NCBI RefSeq assembly: GCF_006345805.1
Contig: NC_042998.1
Location: forward strand, 183,334,001 to 183,398,000
Length of the DNA: 64,000 bases
Reading direction: 5' to 3'
Source of the DNA: Octopus sinensis
Lineage: Eukaryota
The notes below the pieces were generated by a model. That model was not told the origin of the DNA and searched no databases. It saw only the letters and a program-made list of their open reading frames with translations. Shown here piece by piece: positions 60,340-64,000 of the stretch. Each line of letters begins with the position of its first letter. The stretch's first letter is position 1. The translations under genes and the position numbers were made by a program.

Positions 60340-61640
60340 TTTTGATGTTTTGAAGATTGCCTTTGGCAGGAAAATGTGAATGAGAAGATTGCAAAGGATT
60401 GTAGTTAGCAATATTGAATAATTGAGACAGTAGAAGTGGTGGGTGAAGAGAGATAGGTGCATCAGCTGGGCTTCAGTAGAGGTGATATGCAGCTTGCTGA
60501 TTCAAAAAACCCAAGGCTGTTGCAGTAGCAATATATTTGAGCAGTACACTAATGTGTATCTTACTGATCAACTGCTAATCCTTTTAAAGGATCAGCAGTT
60601 GATCAGAGCTGAAATATTTCTTGCTCTGAAGAGGAAAATGTGGTCTTTGTAGGGCAGATTTGGCAATGTTCTTGAGGGATCATGAGATTCCAAGGCTTAA
60701 CATCTGTTGTGTCAATGGAAACTTTAACTGTGTATTCATATACAGAAAGGGTGTGGTGAGCAGCCATTTCCTTAATATGCATAATGATGGTGTCTTGTTG
60801 CACAAGAGTACCTTGTCATGTTCCCATTGGAAGATAGTTTTAAGGTCTCTGCTTCTAGAAGTAGAGATACCTAGATTGTATGTAAATGGCTCCTGTATTC
60901 ATTTTATATCCTAATTGGTGAGCAATAGCATAGTTGGTTACAGATTTCCAATGAGTTGATCACTGGTTTACTGCATTTTCAACAATAAGAGTACAAGGGT
61001 GTATCTGTAATTCATATATAGTTGATTTCTGTCTGCCAGATTTAACCCAGAAGTCATTAATCAACCTGGTATGTACTACACAATGGGATTAAATCTAGAA
61101 CATGGTTGCGAAAGTTACCCAACCATGGGGCTCTGATAGCAGGTGAACTGATTCACAGTTACCAGTACATATCTGTCTGTGCCCTATATTAGTATCAACA
61201 CAAGACACAGTCACACATCCTAGTCTTTCTAAAAGCAGTCACCATTGAAAGGGATACTGCAAAAGAAAAAGCCATTCTTTTCTCATAGAGCATGCAAATA
61301 GCACTAAGTATGTATATTCAACAGTATCTACCACATCATTCATCATGTGTTATTGTATGTCATCAATAATACCAGTGTTTTTCACCCATAAATTATACTA
61401 GAGTACAGTGTAGCTTATCTGGTAAGCACAAATGCAATCCAGATTGGTCTCTCATCAACTATCACAAAACCTGTCTCACAACCTGCATAGAGGAAAATCA
61501 AGGTTTTTTTTACTCTCATCTTTTAGTCTTGAACAAAAGCAGTGCCAATGATCTTTTACAGGATCTCCAAATAGAGACTTGGTCCAAGAACTCATAACAG
61601 TGGATGCCACTAAAAGACAGGTGGTGGTGTTAAACTGGGT
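60340..61640 (-). mobile_element. Highly decayed CR1/L2-group LINE RT fragment
   Basis: LFRARKYFSSDQLL..YTLVYCSNI-type post-RT motif at ~60.5-60.7 kb; weaker RT similarity to ~61.6 kb. Confidence 0.55.
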
Positions 61641-64000
61641 GATGTACTCAGCTTGGCCATGGATGAATTTAAACTGAGAACACAGAGGCAGAACAAATAC
61701 AATGCATTTCCAATGCTCTGTTTCCACCTGGCACTTTTTACCATCCCTAAAAAGATGAAAAATAAAGTTCACCTCAGTGGATTTTGAACCGTGGGACAAC
61801 AAATACTTCACTCTAATGACTACTGGTTCATTGCCTTATAACTTAAAAAATTTGTAAGGTTAAAAAGGGTATTTCTGATATTCAACAGCCTTCAAATTAA
61901 TTATCTGTTTAGTATTCTGAAGAGCCTTGCTTTAGAAATGTGTGTATATATGATATAGGGGAGGATATACTAAAAGAAAAAATCTCAGTGTGAACTTAAT
62001 TTTGAACTTTAGAACATTTTATCTGTATATATATATATAGATGTTCTTCAATAACATTGAGACAATACTCCAAAGTAAAATCAACAAACCAGTTGATGCC
62101 CCAATGTTTCTACATGAATAGTCACCATATTAATTCACTTAGGGTTTGATCTGTTGAAACAGTAGCCAAATTGTATGAAGGAAAGGGCTGTGATCTTGGC
62201 CTTTGCAGACCTGAGACTGGCTAGATCCAATGCTGTTACTGTTCCTTATGAACAGTTACAAGCCAATGGCTCCCAGAAGGCCAATGTTCTTATGACTGAC
62301 CTCTGCACCTAATCCTAGACATACAAAAAGTAGATTGGTCATGGCAGGATTCATTAAACTGTTTAAGTATTGATTATCTTTGATTAGGTGTCAGTGGCAT
62401 TAAGAGTTCTGGTAAAATATACTAACATCGACATTTTGTTAAGATAGATGTGTGGGGTACTTTTTCAAAAGCAATTAATAAAATGATCAAACCTCTGGCT
62501 ATCCAGAGTTGCCAGTGTATGCCATAGTGTACAATGTTTTTCCAAGGGTCACTAACAGCTCAATTTAAGTCACATTACTTCAATCAGAAATCTTTATTTA
62601 AATTATGGGTCTTTCTCATTAGAAGTTTATCTCCTTTAGAGCTCAAAAATAATGTATTTTTTTAAAAACTGATATCAAATAGTGTCATCACTTTCATTGT
62701 TCCCCCACACCCCCACACCCCAATCCATATTAAATGTTATGCTTCACTTCATGCTGTCTATATCAAGTGAAGCATAAAGAGTGCACACTTTATAATAAAT
62801 AGCCATAGAACTAATTATCAATTATTGACCACAATCACCAACAAAATCATGAGATAGTAACAAATAGTATGGTTTCTTAGAACATCAGCTAAATATACTA
62901 TGCTCTTAAGGAAATTTATTTTTATATATTGCATTCTATTATATTTGATTTCAAATTTAAATATAAAAATAGCAACTGTGTTTTTCAATCTTTTCTATTT
63001 CTCTCTTATTTTTCCTGTTTCGTAATCTATTTTAGCTTTCTTATATAGTGGGAAAAGAATTTCCATTTCCTATTTCTAACAGACATTTTTTTTGTTTTTT
63101 TTTTGGCTTTTATCCTGATATTAACAGAGATATTCATTCATTTTTCCAATCAGTTTGACACTTAAAAACTTCTAAAATTTTAGTATTCTCTGAAAACAAA
63201 ATTTAAAATGTCCATGTATTTGCAATATTTTTTGAAACTGATGTTTCGCTTTTTATAAAAAATATGAATAGAACAAAGCTGATGGTATACCCAGTCAGTA
63301 ATTCTGATGTGGTTATTGAAATTGAATGTACTGAACATTAATTATAAGGTAAATATAAATATCTGTTTTACAAAATAATTATCATGTTTAAAAACCATAT
63401 TTATGATAACCTGTTTAATGAAAAGTGCAGAAAATATGAAATATGGTGCAGAACTGTAATAATTACAAACCCCTTGGCAATCACTGAAATCAATAATTTT
63501 ATGCTTTAAAGTGAACATGAAAAATGAAACTTTGAAGTGATGGAAATTTTTGTTATCTGTGTAACAAGTCTAATTAACAATTATTAATACCACATTTATA
63601 TATTAATACATTTTGGAGGGGGGTGATATTTTAATTGGTTTTATAACTGTCTCAAATGATCCAATGATTTGCTTTTGATAACATTTATAAATGAGTATAA
63701 AGCAAGGCTCACATGTTTCAAATAATTAAGTTTGAGTCAACTCATATCATTGTCTGTTGTTACATTCACTCATAGTGACAATTCAAGAAGCAATGTTTCG
63801 CTTCTTTTGTTATTATTATTATGTTTTAATAAATATCTGAAAAGTTTCAGAAAAGAAATCAAAGCCATAGAGTAATTATATTTATTTGTATAATGCTACT
63901 AATATTTTGAAGTCTTATTAAGTTTAAAACTATGATTATGTTTTATTTTTTATAATTTATTAATTAGTTAATAAGCAGTAACTAGCAACATTTATACAAA

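Noticed and set aside
62500-64000. AT-rich, repeat-poor stretch as a possible UTR or regulatory region
   Set aside because: No supporting feature within the window beyond base composition.

Overview
AT-rich, intron-containing animal genomic DNA. The SINE families, (TA)n/(GT)n tracts and repeat density look like an Octopus/cephalopod genome; this is an inference from recalled repeat families, not a search. One well-supported protein-coding gene lies on the + strand: an Ikaros/Pegasus(IKZF5)/Hunchback-family C2H2 zinc-finger factor. Its coding exons are 37653-38079 and 43580-45078 (641 aa from the first ATG; 3 N-terminal fingers and 2 C-terminal dimerisation-type fingers). A candidate upstream exon (27451-27516) and a CpG-rich, SINE-poor putative promoter zone (~17.3-22 kb) precede it. 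The rest is a transposon graveyard: at least five tRNA-derived or RTE-tailed SINE families, decayed RTE, R4/Dong-like, CR1/L2-like and other APE LINEs, a Gypsy pol remnant, a Tc1 transposase remnant, hAT-, piggyBac- and Merlin-like MITEs, a non-autonomous Helitron and a tRNA-Asp retrocopy. Most ORF-track entries are microsatellite or SINE artefacts. The most interesting unexplained signal is a cluster of minimal hammerhead-ribozyme-like motifs of the Penelope/retrozyme type at 49.7-55.3 kb. One copy (51858-51987, - strand) keeps all core nucleotides. Other notable signals are several long fold-back palindromes, a tRNA-SINE chimera inside one target-site duplication, two locally templated duplications and a micro-inversion with inverted-duplicated ends. 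All alignments and coordinates were done by eye.
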